Below the pieces are notes generated by a model. It was given only the letters and a program-made list of their open reading frames with translations. It did no database searches and was not told the origin of the DNA. The translations under genes were made by a program, and so were the position numbers. From contig CAWAWS010000013.1 in NCBI GenBank assembly GCA_963785725.1, forward strand, positions 1 to 64,000: a stretch of 64,000 nt of DNA, read 5' to 3'. This document shows, piece by piece, positions 48,821 through 58,559 of this stretch (the first letter of the stretch is position 1; each line of letters starts with the position of its first letter). The DNA is from an uncultured delta proteobacterium (GTDB lineage: Bacteria > Myxococcota_A > Polyangia > Palsa-1104).

Positions 48821-50208
48821 GGTCGCGGGTCGCGGCGCTGTTGCTGCTCGGCGCGCTGTTGGCGTCTCCGCTCGTGGCGCTGGCGCGCCCGGGCGGCGGC
48901 CAGAGCTACCACGCGGCGCCGTCGCGCTCGTCGTCGTCCTATTCGTCGCATTCGTACTCGCCGTCGCACTCGTACGGGCCGAGCCCGGTCGGCTATTCGT
49001 CGGGCGGCCAGATTTCGCCAGGCGAGGCGCTGATCTTCTTGATCATCGTCGCCATCGTCGTCGTCGTCGTGCTGGTCAAGCGGAGCGCGCTGTCGAATGC
49101 GCGCGGCGCCGTCGAGATCGACCGCTCGGCGCAAGACGTCGGCCTGGCCGCGCTGCGCGCGCAAGATCCGTCGTTCGACATCAACGCCTTCACGACGCGC
49201 GTCGCCGACATCATGGCCAAGGTCAACGAAGCCTGGTGCGGCGGCAACATGGGCCCGGCGCGCCGCTTCATCTCCGACGGTGTGTACGTTCGCTTTCAGG
49301 CGCAGCTGCAGATCCTGAAGCAGCAAGGGCTGCGCAACGCCATGGCCGATTGGCGCGTCATCGGCGGCGAGCTGTTGCAGGCCGAGTCGGACGCGCAGTG
49401 GGACACCGTGCACATGCGGATGACGGGCTCGGCGCGCGACGCCGACGTGCCGGCGACGCTGACGGCGCAGCAAGCGGCCGACAAAGCGAAGTCGGCGCCG
49501 CAGCGGCAGTACCAAGAGGTGTGGTCGTTCCTGCGTCGCCGCGGCAGCAAGTCGAAGGCCGGCGTCCCCGCGCTCGAAGGCAAATGCCCCAACTGCGGCG
49601 CCGATCTGCCGCTGTCCGACGTCGTGCGCTGCCAGTTCTGCAAGGCGGTCGTCAACTCGGGCGAGCACGACTGGGTGTTGGCCGAGATTACGCAGCCCGA
49701 AGAGTGGCGTCCGTCGAGCGTCAGCGACGAGATCCCAGGCTTCGCCGCGCTCGAGCAGAAGGACGCGACCATCAGCCGGCAAGAGCTGGAAGATCGCGCC
49801 TCGGTGGTGTTCTGGAAATGGATCGACGCGCGCATCTCCGGCTCGCGGGTCAAGCTCGAGCGCTTCTGCCTCATGCCCGGCCAGCCACCGATCGATCACG
49901 TGCAGCTGCGCGACGTCGCGGTCGGCTCGGCCGAGCTCGTGTCGGTCGAGGTCGACAACGGCGGCTACGACCGCGTCGAAATCGACGTCGTGTGGAGCGC
50001 CAGCATCAACGGCGGCGGGCCGTCGAATCAGACGAGCCGCGTCATTCTCACGCGACTGACGAGCGTCACCTCCAGGCGCGGCCTGAGCTCGCTCGATTGT
50101 CCCAACTGCGGCGGACCTTTGGCCGATTCCGACTTGGCCAAGTGCAACTTCTGCGGCGAGCCGCTCGCCGGCGGCAAAGCCGAGTGGAGCCTGGAAGCCG
50201 TCGCCTGA
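48817..50208 (+). CDS. Membrane protein with Tim44-like domain(s) and two double zinc ribbons
   Basis: Signal + RPGGGQSY Ser-rich segment, TM, DPSFD...F, EVWSFLR, CPNCG...C.FC twice; GTGA overlap. Confidence 0.78.
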   Translation: MRSRVAALLLLGALLASPLVALARPGGGQSYHAAPSRSSSSYSSHSYSPSHSYGPSPVGYSSGGQISPGEALIFLIIVAIVVVVVLVKRSALSNARGAVEIDRSAQDVGLAALRAQDPSFDINAFTTRVADIMAKVNEAWCGGNMGPARRFISDGVYVRFQAQLQILKQQGLRNAMADWRVIGGELLQAESDAQWDTVHMRMTGSARDADVPATLTAQQAADKAKSAPQRQYQEVWSFLRRRGSKSKAGVPALEGKCPNCGADLPLSDVVRCQFCKAVVNSGEHDWVLAEITQPEEWRPSSVSDEIPGFAALEQKDATISRQELEDRASVVFWKWIDARISGSRVKLERFCLMPGQPPIDHVQLRDVAVGSAELVSVEVDNGGYDRVEIDVVWSASINGGGPSNQTSRVILTRLTSVTSRRGLSSLDCPNCGGPLADSDLAKCNFCGEPLAGGKAEWSLEAVA

Positions 50209-50264
50209 GCTCGAAGTGATGTCGCTCCCTATTCAACCGCCTACTTAAGAGTAGAATAACCGCC

Positions 50265-52676
50265 ATGCAGCATCTCGTTTCGCGCGTCGCCCTCTTGGGT
50301 TGCGCGTTGAGCCTGTTCGGTTGCGGCCGCTCCTCGCCCATCGGCTCCGAGCCTGGCTGTCCCATCGGCGCCATCTGCATCGTGCCGCCCGATCTGGCGA
50401 TGGGCGGCCACACGTCGCACGACATGAGCGGCGGCCGCGACGACATGCATCGCCCGGGCGACATGGCGTTCACGCCGAGCGACATGAAGCCGACCGACAT
50501 GCCGGGCGGGCAATGCGGCATCACGATTTCGTGCACGGATCCGAGCTGCCAGGGCAAGCCCAACTGCGTCACGCCCGGCCAGGAAATCTGCAACAACGGC
50601 ATCGACGACAACGACAACGGCCTCATCGACTGCGCCGATCCCGAGTGCTTCAACAGCCCCGACTGCGTCGGCGACATGGCCGTGGGCGACCTGGGCACGT
50701 CGTCGTGCATCGGCCCCGGCGGCATGGTCGACTGCTCGCGCGCGCCTTGCGACCAGCTGCCGCAATGCTTGCACTTGACCTGCAATCCCGAGATCGAGTT
50801 CGGCACGGTGACGCCGCAAAACTTCGATCAGACGCGCACCTTCGACACCGTCGGCTCGACCGAGTCCTATCAGACCTGCGCCTTTCCCGGCGGCACGGCG
50901 CGCGTCGGCGAGTTCGAGCTGACGACGGTGACCGACGTGCGGCTCGACTTCACGCAGCCGTCGGGCAGCGCGCACGTCGTGACGCTCAATCGCGCCGGCT
51001 TCGATCAGCTGTGCGATCAAAACGAGCTCTACTGCCTCGACGCCGGTGAGGTCGCGACCGATACGCACACGTTCGCCGCGCTGCAGCCGGGCACCTATTA
51101 CGTCATCGTGCAGTCGTTCCCGGGCACGCAAGGCGCGACGACGGTGCGCATCTCGACCGGCAAGTCGGGCACGCCCGAGATCTGCGACAACGGCATCGAC
51201 GACGACGGCAACGGCCTCATCGACTGCGCCGACTACGCCTGCGTCAACGCGCCCAACTGCGTCGACCTCGAGTGCAAGCCGGAGATCAACTTGGGCGCCA
51301 TCGTCGTCGGCGCGCCGCCGGTCACCGCCAGCTTCGACACGCGCACGTCGTCGAACCGCTATCACCCGACCTGCGCCGGCGCCTCCACCGGCAACGACAT
51401 CGTCGTCCGCTTCACGCTGCACGAGACCGCCGGCATCCTCGTCGATTGGACGCAGGGCGCCGGCGCCGATCACGTCATCTCCATCTTCAACACGCCGCCC
51501 GCCGGCGTCGCCTGCGACGGCGACGGCCAGCTCAGCTGCTTCTACCCCGGCGGCGACTCGGGCGGCAGCGTCGCCTTCTCACCGCGACCACCGGGCGACT
51601 ACATCTTCATCTTCAAGTCGATCAACCCGAGCGGCAACGGGCCGATGACGATCAACGTCAGCGCCTTCGTCAATCGCCAGGCCGAGATCTGCAACAACGG
51701 CATCGACGACGACGGCAACGGCCTCGTCGACTGCGCCGATCCGGCCTGCTTCGGCATCGACGGCTGCCGGCCGCCGATCTGCACCGCCGACGTCGACTTG
51801 GGCAACTTCAGCTGGGGCTCGCAAGGCACCGCCGTCCTCGACGTCACCGGCGGCACGACGTACTACGAAGCGCAGTGCGCGCAAGGCGGCGGCAAGAGCC
51901 GCATCGTCAAGGTCACGCTGACGCAGCCGATGGGCCTCGGGTTCGACTGCAACGAGACCGGCTCGCAGGTCTTCCAGCTGACGCAGCAGCTGCAGCCGCT
52001 CGACGCCTGCGACGCCAACCCGGTCAACTGCGCCGATCCGACGACCTTGCCGTTCGGCTGCAACTTCATCATGCCCAACCTGCAGCCGGGCGTTTATCAC
52101 GTGCTCGTCGACGCCTTCGCCGCCGGTCAAGAGGGCAGCGTCAACTTGACCCTGTTCGGCGAGCAGGAAAAGGTGCTCGAAATCTGCAACAACGGCATCG
52201 ACGACGACGGCAACGGCCTCATCGACTGCGCCGATCCGGCCTGCTTCACGTCGCCGTTGTGCCAGCAGTACACCTGCAACCCCGACAAGTCGCTCGGGCT
52301 CTTGCCGCTCGACAGCTCGACCGTGTCGACGACGGTGCAGACGGCGGGCAACGGCGACAAGTTCAAGGCGCCTTGCGTCTCCGCCGTCGGTGGCCAAGAC
52401 GCCGACGTCGACTTCCAGCTGCCGGCGACGACGGACCTCACGATCGCGTGGGCGCAGGCCGGTAACCACGACTTCGCGCTCTATCCCGACGTCAACGACG
52501 CCGCAGCGTGCAACGCCGGCACCGTCATCAACTGCACGACGTCGAACGGCGCGCAGACCGGCAGCTACGTGCTGACGAAGATTCCCGGCGGCAAATATCA
52601 CCTCATCATCGACGCCGACAAGCCGGGCGCCGAAGGCGGCGTCGTGTTGCAGCTCGCCGGCACCGCGTCCAAGTAG
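50265..52676 (+). CDS. Large Cys-rich lipoprotein with four EIC.NGIDD..NGL.DCAD repeats alternating with beta-sandwich domains
   Basis: LSLFGC lipobox; four copies of the repeat, each followed by a domain ending in a PG.Y...V-type strand. Confidence 0.85.
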   Translation: MQHLVSRVALLGCALSLFGCGRSSPIGSEPGCPIGAICIVPPDLAMGGHTSHDMSGGRDDMHRPGDMAFTPSDMKPTDMPGGQCGITISCTDPSCQGKPNCVTPGQEICNNGIDDNDNGLIDCADPECFNSPDCVGDMAVGDLGTSSCIGPGGMVDCSRAPCDQLPQCLHLTCNPEIEFGTVTPQNFDQTRTFDTVGSTESYQTCAFPGGTARVGEFELTTVTDVRLDFTQPSGSAHVVTLNRAGFDQLCDQNELYCLDAGEVATDTHTFAALQPGTYYVIVQSFPGTQGATTVRISTGKSGTPEICDNGIDDDGNGLIDCADYACVNAPNCVDLECKPEINLGAIVVGAPPVTASFDTRTSSNRYHPTCAGASTGNDIVVRFTLHETAGILVDWTQGAGADHVISIFNTPPAGVACDGDGQLSCFYPGGDSGGSVAFSPRPPGDYIFIFKSINPSGNGPMTINVSAFVNRQAEICNNGIDDDGNGLVDCADPACFGIDGCRPPICTADVDLGNFSWGSQGTAVLDVTGGTTYYEAQCAQGGGKSRIVKVTLTQPMGLGFDCNETGSQVFQLTQQLQPLDACDANPVNCADPTTLPFGCNFIMPNLQPGVYHVLVDAFAAGQEGSVNLTLFGEQEKVLEICNNGIDDDGNGLIDCADPACFTSPLCQQYTCNPDKSLGLLPLDSSTVSTTVQTAGNGDKFKAPCVSAVGGQDADVDFQLPATTDLTIAWAQAGNHDFALYPDVNDAAACNAGTVINCTTSNGAQTGSYVLTKIPGGKYHLIIDADKPGAEGGVVLQLAGTASK

Positions 52677-52740
52677 CACCACAGCAACGTCCTAGTCGCC
52701 CACCACTTTCCGCTTTTTGGCGGCGTGTTATCGTCGCCTC

Positions 52741-53262
52741 GTGTCCGCCAAAACCAAGCCGCTGACCGTCGAGCTGCCGCGCGCCATCGCCGCCGAGATC
52801 GCCGACGCCGCGTCGAAGACGCACCGCTCGACCACGTTCATCGTCGCCCGCGCGCTCGCCGCCGGCCGCGGCGCCACCAAGTTTCCGCTCGACGGCGAGC
52901 TGACGACGCTGACGCTGACCAGCGACGACGACGATCCGCCGTCGGCGATCGCGGCCGTCAAGAAGGCCAGCGGCGACGACGTCACCGCGGCGTGGACGGC
53001 GACGCGCGCGCGTTTTGCCGCGTGGATCGCCCGCGAAGAGGCGGCGCAGGCGAACGAGCGCGCCGACGATCTCGACGCCGGCCTGCGCGACGCGGCCGAT
53101 CCGGCGACGAAGCCGGCGCGATTGGCGGAGTTGGCCGCGAGCGACTACGTCAAAGTGCGCGCCTTGGTAGCGCGCCATCCGGCCACGCCCGCCGACACCC
53201 TGGCCAAGCTCGGCGCCGACGCCGATCGCATCGTGCGCGCCGCGCTGGCCGCACGCGCTTGA
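52741..53262 (+). CDS. Hypothetical protein; possible N-terminal ribbon-helix-helix and C-terminal LRV/HEAT-like repeat
   Basis: LTVELPRAIAAEIADAA....RS..FIVARAL; VRALVARHP.TP...L..L..D....VR. Confidence 0.55.
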   Translation: MSAKTKPLTVELPRAIAAEIADAASKTHRSTTFIVARALAAGRGATKFPLDGELTTLTLTSDDDDPPSAIAAVKKASGDDVTAAWTATRARFAAWIAREEAAQANERADDLDAGLRDAADPATKPARLAELAASDYVKVRALVARHPATPADTLAKLGADADRIVRAALAARA

Positions 53263-53299
53263 TCGCCGTCGTCGGCCGCAGCGCGCGGGCGGGCGCGCG

Positions 53300-54292
53300 A
53301 TGAAAATCGAGGAGCAGTTCTTCGCGCTCACGCCCGAGCGCATCCTCGACTCGGTCGAGTTCGGCGGTCGCCGCGCCACCGGCTACGCGCTCGCGCTCAA
53401 CTCGCTGGAGAACCGCGTCTACGAAGTCGAATACGAGGATTCGTCGCGGCTGGTCGCCAAGTTCTATCGGCCCGGCCGCTGGTCGCGCGAGCAGATCTTG
53501 GCCGAGCATCAGTTCGTCGCCGAGCTGCACGACGCCGAGGTTCCCGTCGTGCCGCCTTTCGATCTCGACGGCAAAGGCACGCTCGGCGAGCTCAAGCTCG
53601 ACGCCGGCGTCATCTGGTTCGCCGTGTTCGACAAGGTGCGTGGCCGCGCGCCCGAGGAATTGACCGACGATCAGCTGCGTCAGCTCGGCCGGCTGGTGGC
53701 GCGGCTGCACAACATCGGCGACGCGCACGCCGCGCCGTCGCGGCCGCGGCTCGATCCCGACAGCTACGGCGCGGCGTCGCTGCGCATCCTCCTCGGCGAC
53801 GACGCGATGTCGAGCTTCGTGCCGCCGGAAATGCGCACGCGCTTCGCCGAGGCCGGCCGCGGCATCGTCGACGCCTGCGCGCGCAAATGGGGCGAGCTCA
53901 CGTCGATCCGCATCCACGGCGACTGCCACCTCGGCAACTTGTTGTGGGGATCGAGCGGCCCGTTCTTCCTGGACTTCGACGACTTCTTGCATGGTCCGCC
54001 GGTGCAGGATTTGTGGCTGCTGGCGCCCGGCCGCGACGACGACGCCGATCGGCAGCGCGCGCTGCTCGTCGACGGCTACGAGACCATGCGCCGCTTCGAC
54101 CGCCGCACGCTGAAGTTCGTCGAGCCGCTGCGCGCGCTGCGGATCCTGCGTTACGCGGCGTGGATCGCGCAGCGCTGGCAAGATCCGGCGTTCACGCGCG
54201 CCTTCCCCGACTGGGACGACCCGCGAACGTGGCAGCGAGAGCTCGGTGAGATGGAATCCCAGCGCGCCCGAGTGGAGAGCGCGCTGGGGTGA
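53300..54292 (+). CDS. srkA: Stress response Ser/Thr kinase SrkA/RdoA (YihE)
   Basis: LNSLENRVY, KFYRPGRWS..QIL.EH.F, IHGDCH.GN, DFDD...GP.VQDLW, RW.DPAF..AFP. Confidence 0.93.
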   Translation: MKIEEQFFALTPERILDSVEFGGRRATGYALALNSLENRVYEVEYEDSSRLVAKFYRPGRWSREQILAEHQFVAELHDAEVPVVPPFDLDGKGTLGELKLDAGVIWFAVFDKVRGRAPEELTDDQLRQLGRLVARLHNIGDAHAAPSRPRLDPDSYGAASLRILLGDDAMSSFVPPEMRTRFAEAGRGIVDACARKWGELTSIRIHGDCHLGNLLWGSSGPFFLDFDDFLHGPPVQDLWLLAPGRDDDADRQRALLVDGYETMRRFDRRTLKFVEPLRALRILRYAAWIAQRWQDPAFTRAFPDWDDPRTWQRELGEMESQRARVESALG

Positions 54293-54302
54293 AGAGCGGA
54301 AG

Positions 54303-55370
54303 TTACGGCGTGGTGAAGACGAAGTCGGCCGGCGTCGTGCCGACCGCCTTGCTCGACGTCGGCGCGAGGTACAGATAGCCGCCCGTCGCCGAGTCCGACG
54401 TGGTGCTGCTGTGAATCAGGATGCCCTGAATCGTGCTGCCGCTGGCGACCGCGTTCGTCGACGTCACAGCCGTATCCATGTGCTGCTCGTAGCAGGCGCA
54501 ATCCGCCGAAATGGTGAAGCCGTAGTAGAAGTCGGTGCCGATGAGGACTTCGCCGGCGTTGGCCGTCGCGTTCGGCGCCGGCTGCACGCAAGCCGCGGGC
54601 ACCGGCGTCGTCGTCGTCGTGATCGTGGCGCAGCTGGCGTCGCAAGCGGCCGGTGCGGCCGGCGCGCCGGTCTTCGCGACCATGCCGAAGCCGAAGTTGT
54701 TCGGGCAGGTCTTGGGCGCGGTCGGCGTGTACTTGAACTCGGCCGGGCTGTAGTCGTAGAGCACGAGGTCGTCGGTCAGCGTGAGCGTGACCTTCTGGCT
54801 CCACAAGGCGCGCGAGGCCGTGCCCGCCGTCTTGAGGATGTCGGCCATCGTCACGGTCGCCGGCGCCGGAACCGTCGCCGCCGCGCCATTGTCCGTCGCC
54901 GTCGCGAGGTAGAAGGTCTCGTAGCCCGCGTTCGCGGCGCTGCCCTTCTCGTAAAGTCCCTTGAGCGTGAGTGAGTGACCAGGCACGTAGTTCTCGTTCG
55001 TGCTGGCGAGCGTGCACGGATGCGAGGAGCCCGAGCACTGCACGTCGATCGCCGACAGATCGCCGCCGGCGCCGTCCTGAACGTACATATGCGTGCCCGA
55101 CGGGTTGACGGCGAGCAGCACGACATTGTCGAGCTCGAACGTGCCGTACGTGCCGGCCGTGCGCATGGCCTTGATCGTCGAAACGCTATAGGTGGTGCCG
55201 GCCATGTCGCCGCCGCTGCCGGCGCTGCCGCCGCCACCGGCGCTGCCGCCGCCGCCGCCGGTGCCGGTCGCCATATCGGCGCCGGTCGTGGTGGTCGTGG
55301 TGGTCGAATTGTCGCGGCAACCGACCGCGAGCGTACAGGCAAAAGCCAAGATGGTGAGCTGCTTATACAT
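54303..55370 (-). CDS. Lipoprotein with Thr/Gly linker and probable ExeM/YhcR-type OB-fold domain
   Basis: LAVGC lipobox, GAGGAGGAG RBS; TI...R, MYVQD, SAIDV, PG..LTLKG..E, PAPATVT. Confidence 0.65.
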   Translation of the reverse strand: MYKQLTILAFACTLAVGCRDNSTTTTTTTGADMATGTGGGGGSAGGGGSAGSGGDMAGTTYSVSTIKAMRTAGTYGTFELDNVVLLAVNPSGTHMYVQDGAGGDLSAIDVQCSGSSHPCTLASTNENYVPGHSLTLKGLYEKGSAANAGYETFYLATATDNGAAATVPAPATVTMADILKTAGTASRALWSQKVTLTLTDDLVLYDYSPAEFKYTPTAPKTCPNNFGFGMVAKTGAPAAPAACDASCATITTTTTPVPAACVQPAPNATANAGEVLIGTDFYYGFTISADCACYEQHMDTAVTSTNAVASGSTIQGILIHSSTTSDSATGGYLYLAPTSSKAVGTTPADFVFTTP

Positions 55371-55525
55371 CGGGAACTCCTCCTCGGTGCCGGTGTATGT
55401 CACGGGTAGGAGGATGTCTTCAAAATAGTTCCATGCGACGCGACAACCTCTACAAGCTCATGTTTTCACGCGCAAATGGTGCGGTGACGTCGGGCGCGTC
55501 CAGGTTCCGTGTAATGTATGCGGCC

Positions 55526-56743
55526 ATGCGGCCCGTCCTCCTCGCGCTCGTGCTGACGGCGACGTCGGCCGCCCGCGCCGAGACGACGGTGCCGATCGTG
55601 GTCGCGCCCTTCGCCGGTCGCTGCTTCGATGCCGCGCAGCTGGCCGAGCACGTGCGCGCCAAAGTGGGCGAGCTGCCCGTCACCGTCGGCGCGCCCGTGC
55701 GCGGCAGCCGTCAAGAGGTGCGCGTCAGCGAGCACGCCGCCAACATTCGCGTGGACGTCGTCGCCCGCGACGCGCGCGGCCAAGTCGTCGGCAGCGCGCG
55801 CCGGCTCGTCCCCTCCGACGCCGACTGCGCCACGGCGCTCGACGTGGCCGCGCTCATCGTCGTCCGCGCCGCGATGCCGCTCAACTGGCGCGAGCCCGAC
55901 CACAAGCTGCCGCCGCATACGCCGCCGCAGCCGACGCCGCCGGCGCATACGCCGCCCGTCGCGACGACGTTGCCGACGACGACGACGCCAGCGCACACGA
56001 CGAGCCCGCCCGAGCCGCCGCCGGCCACGCACGCGCCGCCGCCACCGACGGCGACCGCGACGACGCCGCCGCCGCAGACCCAGCCGCAACGTCCGGCGAC
56101 CGACGAGCGCGCGCAAACACCGCAGCTGTTCCCGCAATCAGCGCCATCGACGCCATCAACCACCGTGAAGATCGTGCGCGCGCCCACCGAGCCGGGCACG
56201 ATCGTTCTGCGCACGCGCGGTCCCGCCGGCCGCTGGGTCGGCGAGCTGTGGGCCGACGCGTACGGCGCTTTCGGCCTCGGCCGTAACCTCGACACCGCCG
56301 GCGGCGAGCTGGCGATCGGCTTTCGGCGCGGCCGCTTCGGCGCCGCCGCCCGCGGCGCCATCGAGAACGACTGGACCGCGCAGCTGACCTCGTCGGCCGG
56401 CGTCATCGGCGTCGACGTCCGTCGCGCCGCGGTCGCCCTCGAAGCCCACGCCGACGTCGGTTTACGCTTCGGCGCCCTGCGCTTCTCGGCCGGCCCGACG
56501 CTGCCGCTCTACAGCGTCCGCACGAGCGGCGTGCCGCGTCCGAGCACGTCCCTCGTCCTGTCCGCGGCCGCAGACGTTCGCATCCTCTATCATTTAGATA
56601 TAAGCCGCGTGTTCCTGCAGGCGGGCCTGGCCGGCTCCATCGCCTTCTCGCGCGAGGACCTGACCGTCACCGGCGCCGGCGTCATCGCGCGCACGCCCTG
56701 GGTCACTTTGGGGCCGCTCATAGCCTTCGGCGTCAATTTGTAA
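55526..56743 (+). CDS. Exported protein with Pro/Thr-rich linker and C-terminal beta-barrel-like domain
   Basis: Signal peptide ending ARA, Cys pair, Pro/Thr tract, alternating amphipathic strands ending FGVNL. Confidence 0.6.
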   Translation: MRPVLLALVLTATSAARAETTVPIVVAPFAGRCFDAAQLAEHVRAKVGELPVTVGAPVRGSRQEVRVSEHAANIRVDVVARDARGQVVGSARRLVPSDADCATALDVAALIVVRAAMPLNWREPDHKLPPHTPPQPTPPAHTPPVATTLPTTTTPAHTTSPPEPPPATHAPPPPTATATTPPPQTQPQRPATDERAQTPQLFPQSAPSTPSTTVKIVRAPTEPGTIVLRTRGPAGRWVGELWADAYGAFGLGRNLDTAGGELAIGFRRGRFGAAARGAIENDWTAQLTSSAGVIGVDVRRAAVALEAHADVGLRFGALRFSAGPTLPLYSVRTSGVPRPSTSLVLSAAADVRILYHLDISRVFLQAGLAGSIAFSREDLTVTGAGVIARTPWVTLGPLIAFGVNL

Positions 56744-56810
56744 CGATTTGGCGAATTAAATTTTGAAGCCGGCTCCAGCGACGAAGCATAGAGTAGTTGG
56801 AGATTGACGG

Positions 56811-57380
56811 ATGCTGCTGGCCTCCATTTTGCGGATCATGCCGACCGACCGTGAGAAATCACGCGTGGTGCCGGTCCCGCTCACGTTGGAGGACGTCTAC
56901 CGCGACCACTTCGACTTCGTGTTCCGCCAGGCGGCGCGGCTGGGTGGTCCCGGCATCGACGCCGAGGACGCGGCGCAAGAAGTCTTCATGGTGGTCGCTC
57001 GCAAGCTGCACACCTTCGACGCCTCGTCGCTCATCACCACCTGGCTCTACGGCATTACGCTCAACATCGTGCGTTCGCTTCGGCGGCGCATGCGGATTCG
57101 CCGGCTGTTCGAGCTGAGCGAAGATCGGAGCGAAGTGCCGGTGCGCTCGGTCGATCGTGCCGAGGTCCTGGACGCGCATCGCATCGCCTACGAGCTCCTC
57201 GACAAGCTCGCCCCGAAGAAGCGCGAGGTCTTCATCCTCGCCGAGTTCGAAGGGTTGAGCTGCGAGGAGATCGCCACGCTCGTCGGCTCCAAGACCGAGA
57301 CGGTCTGGTCGCGCTTGCACTACGCGCGCAAGGAGTTCTCGGAGCGGCTGCAGGCGCGGTCCCGAAAGGAAAAGTCGTGA
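56811..57380 (+). CDS. ECF sigma-70 factor (start may be 56838)
   Basis: DAEDAAQEVF, TWLYGI, REVFIL..FEGLS.EEIA, TV.SRLH.AR. Confidence 0.93.
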   Translation: MLLASILRIMPTDREKSRVVPVPLTLEDVYRDHFDFVFRQAARLGGPGIDAEDAAQEVFMVVARKLHTFDASSLITTWLYGITLNIVRSLRRRMRIRRLFELSEDRSEVPVRSVDRAEVLDAHRIAYELLDKLAPKKREVFILAEFEGLSCEEIATLVGSKTETVWSRLHYARKEFSERLQARSRKEKS

Positions 57381-58543
57381 ACGGGGCGTGGCGTGAGGAA
57401 GATCAGGCCGCGGCGGAGCTGGTCCGTCGCGCGGCGCGGCTCGACATCGGTCCGCCGTCGGCGGCGCGAGCGCGCGTCTGGCTGGCCATCGGCGAAGGGC
57501 GGCGTCGCGAGCACGAGCGGCCGTCGCGGCGGCGGCTCGGCTACGCCATGTTCGCGGCGGGCGCGGCCTGCGCGGCGGCGATCGCGCTGGTGCTCGTGCC
57601 GCGGACACAGCATCAGGCGCAGTTCACGATCGCGTCGTCGGCCGAGCCGGCGGTGATCGATCTCGACGGCGACGGGCGCATCGTGGCCGGGCCGGCGACG
57701 CTGGCGCGGCTGTCGCGGCAAGACGGCGCGGTGACGTTGACGCTCGAGCATGGCTCGTTGTTGGCGCACGTGCGGCCGCGCGCGGGCAAGCCGCCGTTCA
57801 TCATCAAGACGGCACAGCTGACGGCGCGCGTCGTCGGCACGGTGCTGCGCGTGACGGCGCAAGAGGACGGCTCGGCGTCGGTGGCGGTCGGTCACGGCGC
57901 CGTCGAAGTGACGCCGAACGGGCAGCCGGCGCGCATCGTCCGCTCGGGGCAGCGCTGGCCGACGACGTCGACCGACGCGCCGGCGGCGGGCGAGCTGGAG
58001 CGCATGGGCGCGACCGATCTCGAAGGCGTGGACGCGGCGGCGCTGTCGCCCGTGCCGTCGCCGAGCGCGGCGGCGAAGACGAACCTGCCGTGCGACAAGC
58101 GGCCCGACGACGAGGCCGTGCAGTGCTGGCTCGCCGTCGCCGATCGCGCCAAAGACGCGACGCAGGCCGAGAGCGCGCTCTATCAAGCCGGCTTCTTGCG
58201 GATGCATGCGCTGCACGATCCGGCGTTCGCGCTCGGCATTTGGGAGCGGCAGCGCGATCGCTTCCCCAACGGCATCTTGGCCGACGAAGCGCAGACCTCG
58301 ATCATCGACGCCTTGGTGGCGCTGTCGCGGACGCGCACGGCCGAAGCGGAGATCGCCGACTACTTGAAGGCGCATCCGCGCGGGCTGCGTTCGGCCGAGA
58401 TGCACTTCGTGCGCGGCACGCTGCTGATGGCGAGCGATCACAACAGCTGCCGGCGCGCGGGCCGCGAGCTCGACGCGGCGCTGGCGCATCCGGCGGCACC
58501 GTGGGCGGCGCGCGCACGTGCGGCTCGCGCCGCTTGTCGCTAA
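57377..58543 (+). CDS. FecR-domain anti-sigma factor with C-terminal TPR-like helices
   Basis: GTGA overlap with the sigma gene; TM; L.HG, F.I.T, V.GT, V..G.VEV; RFP.G.L..EA, YL..HP.G. Confidence 0.82.
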   Translation: MNGAWREEDQAAAELVRRAARLDIGPPSAARARVWLAIGEGRRREHERPSRRRLGYAMFAAGAACAAAIALVLVPRTQHQAQFTIASSAEPAVIDLDGDGRIVAGPATLARLSRQDGAVTLTLEHGSLLAHVRPRAGKPPFIIKTAQLTARVVGTVLRVTAQEDGSASVAVGHGAVEVTPNGQPARIVRSGQRWPTTSTDAPAAGELERMGATDLEGVDAAALSPVPSPSAAAKTNLPCDKRPDDEAVQCWLAVADRAKDATQAESALYQAGFLRMHALHDPAFALGIWERQRDRFPNGILADEAQTSIIDALVALSRTRTAEAEIADYLKAHPRGLRSAEMHFVRGTLLMASDHNSCRRAGRELDAALAHPAAPWAARARAARAACR

Positions 58544-58559
58544 CGGCCGAACGACGAAC

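Noticed and set aside
50580..52245. Near-identical DNA repeats of about 60 bp as a CRISPR or DGR-like array
   Set aside because: They are in-frame protein repeats spaced about 500-600 bp apart; no cas or reverse transcriptase gene is present.
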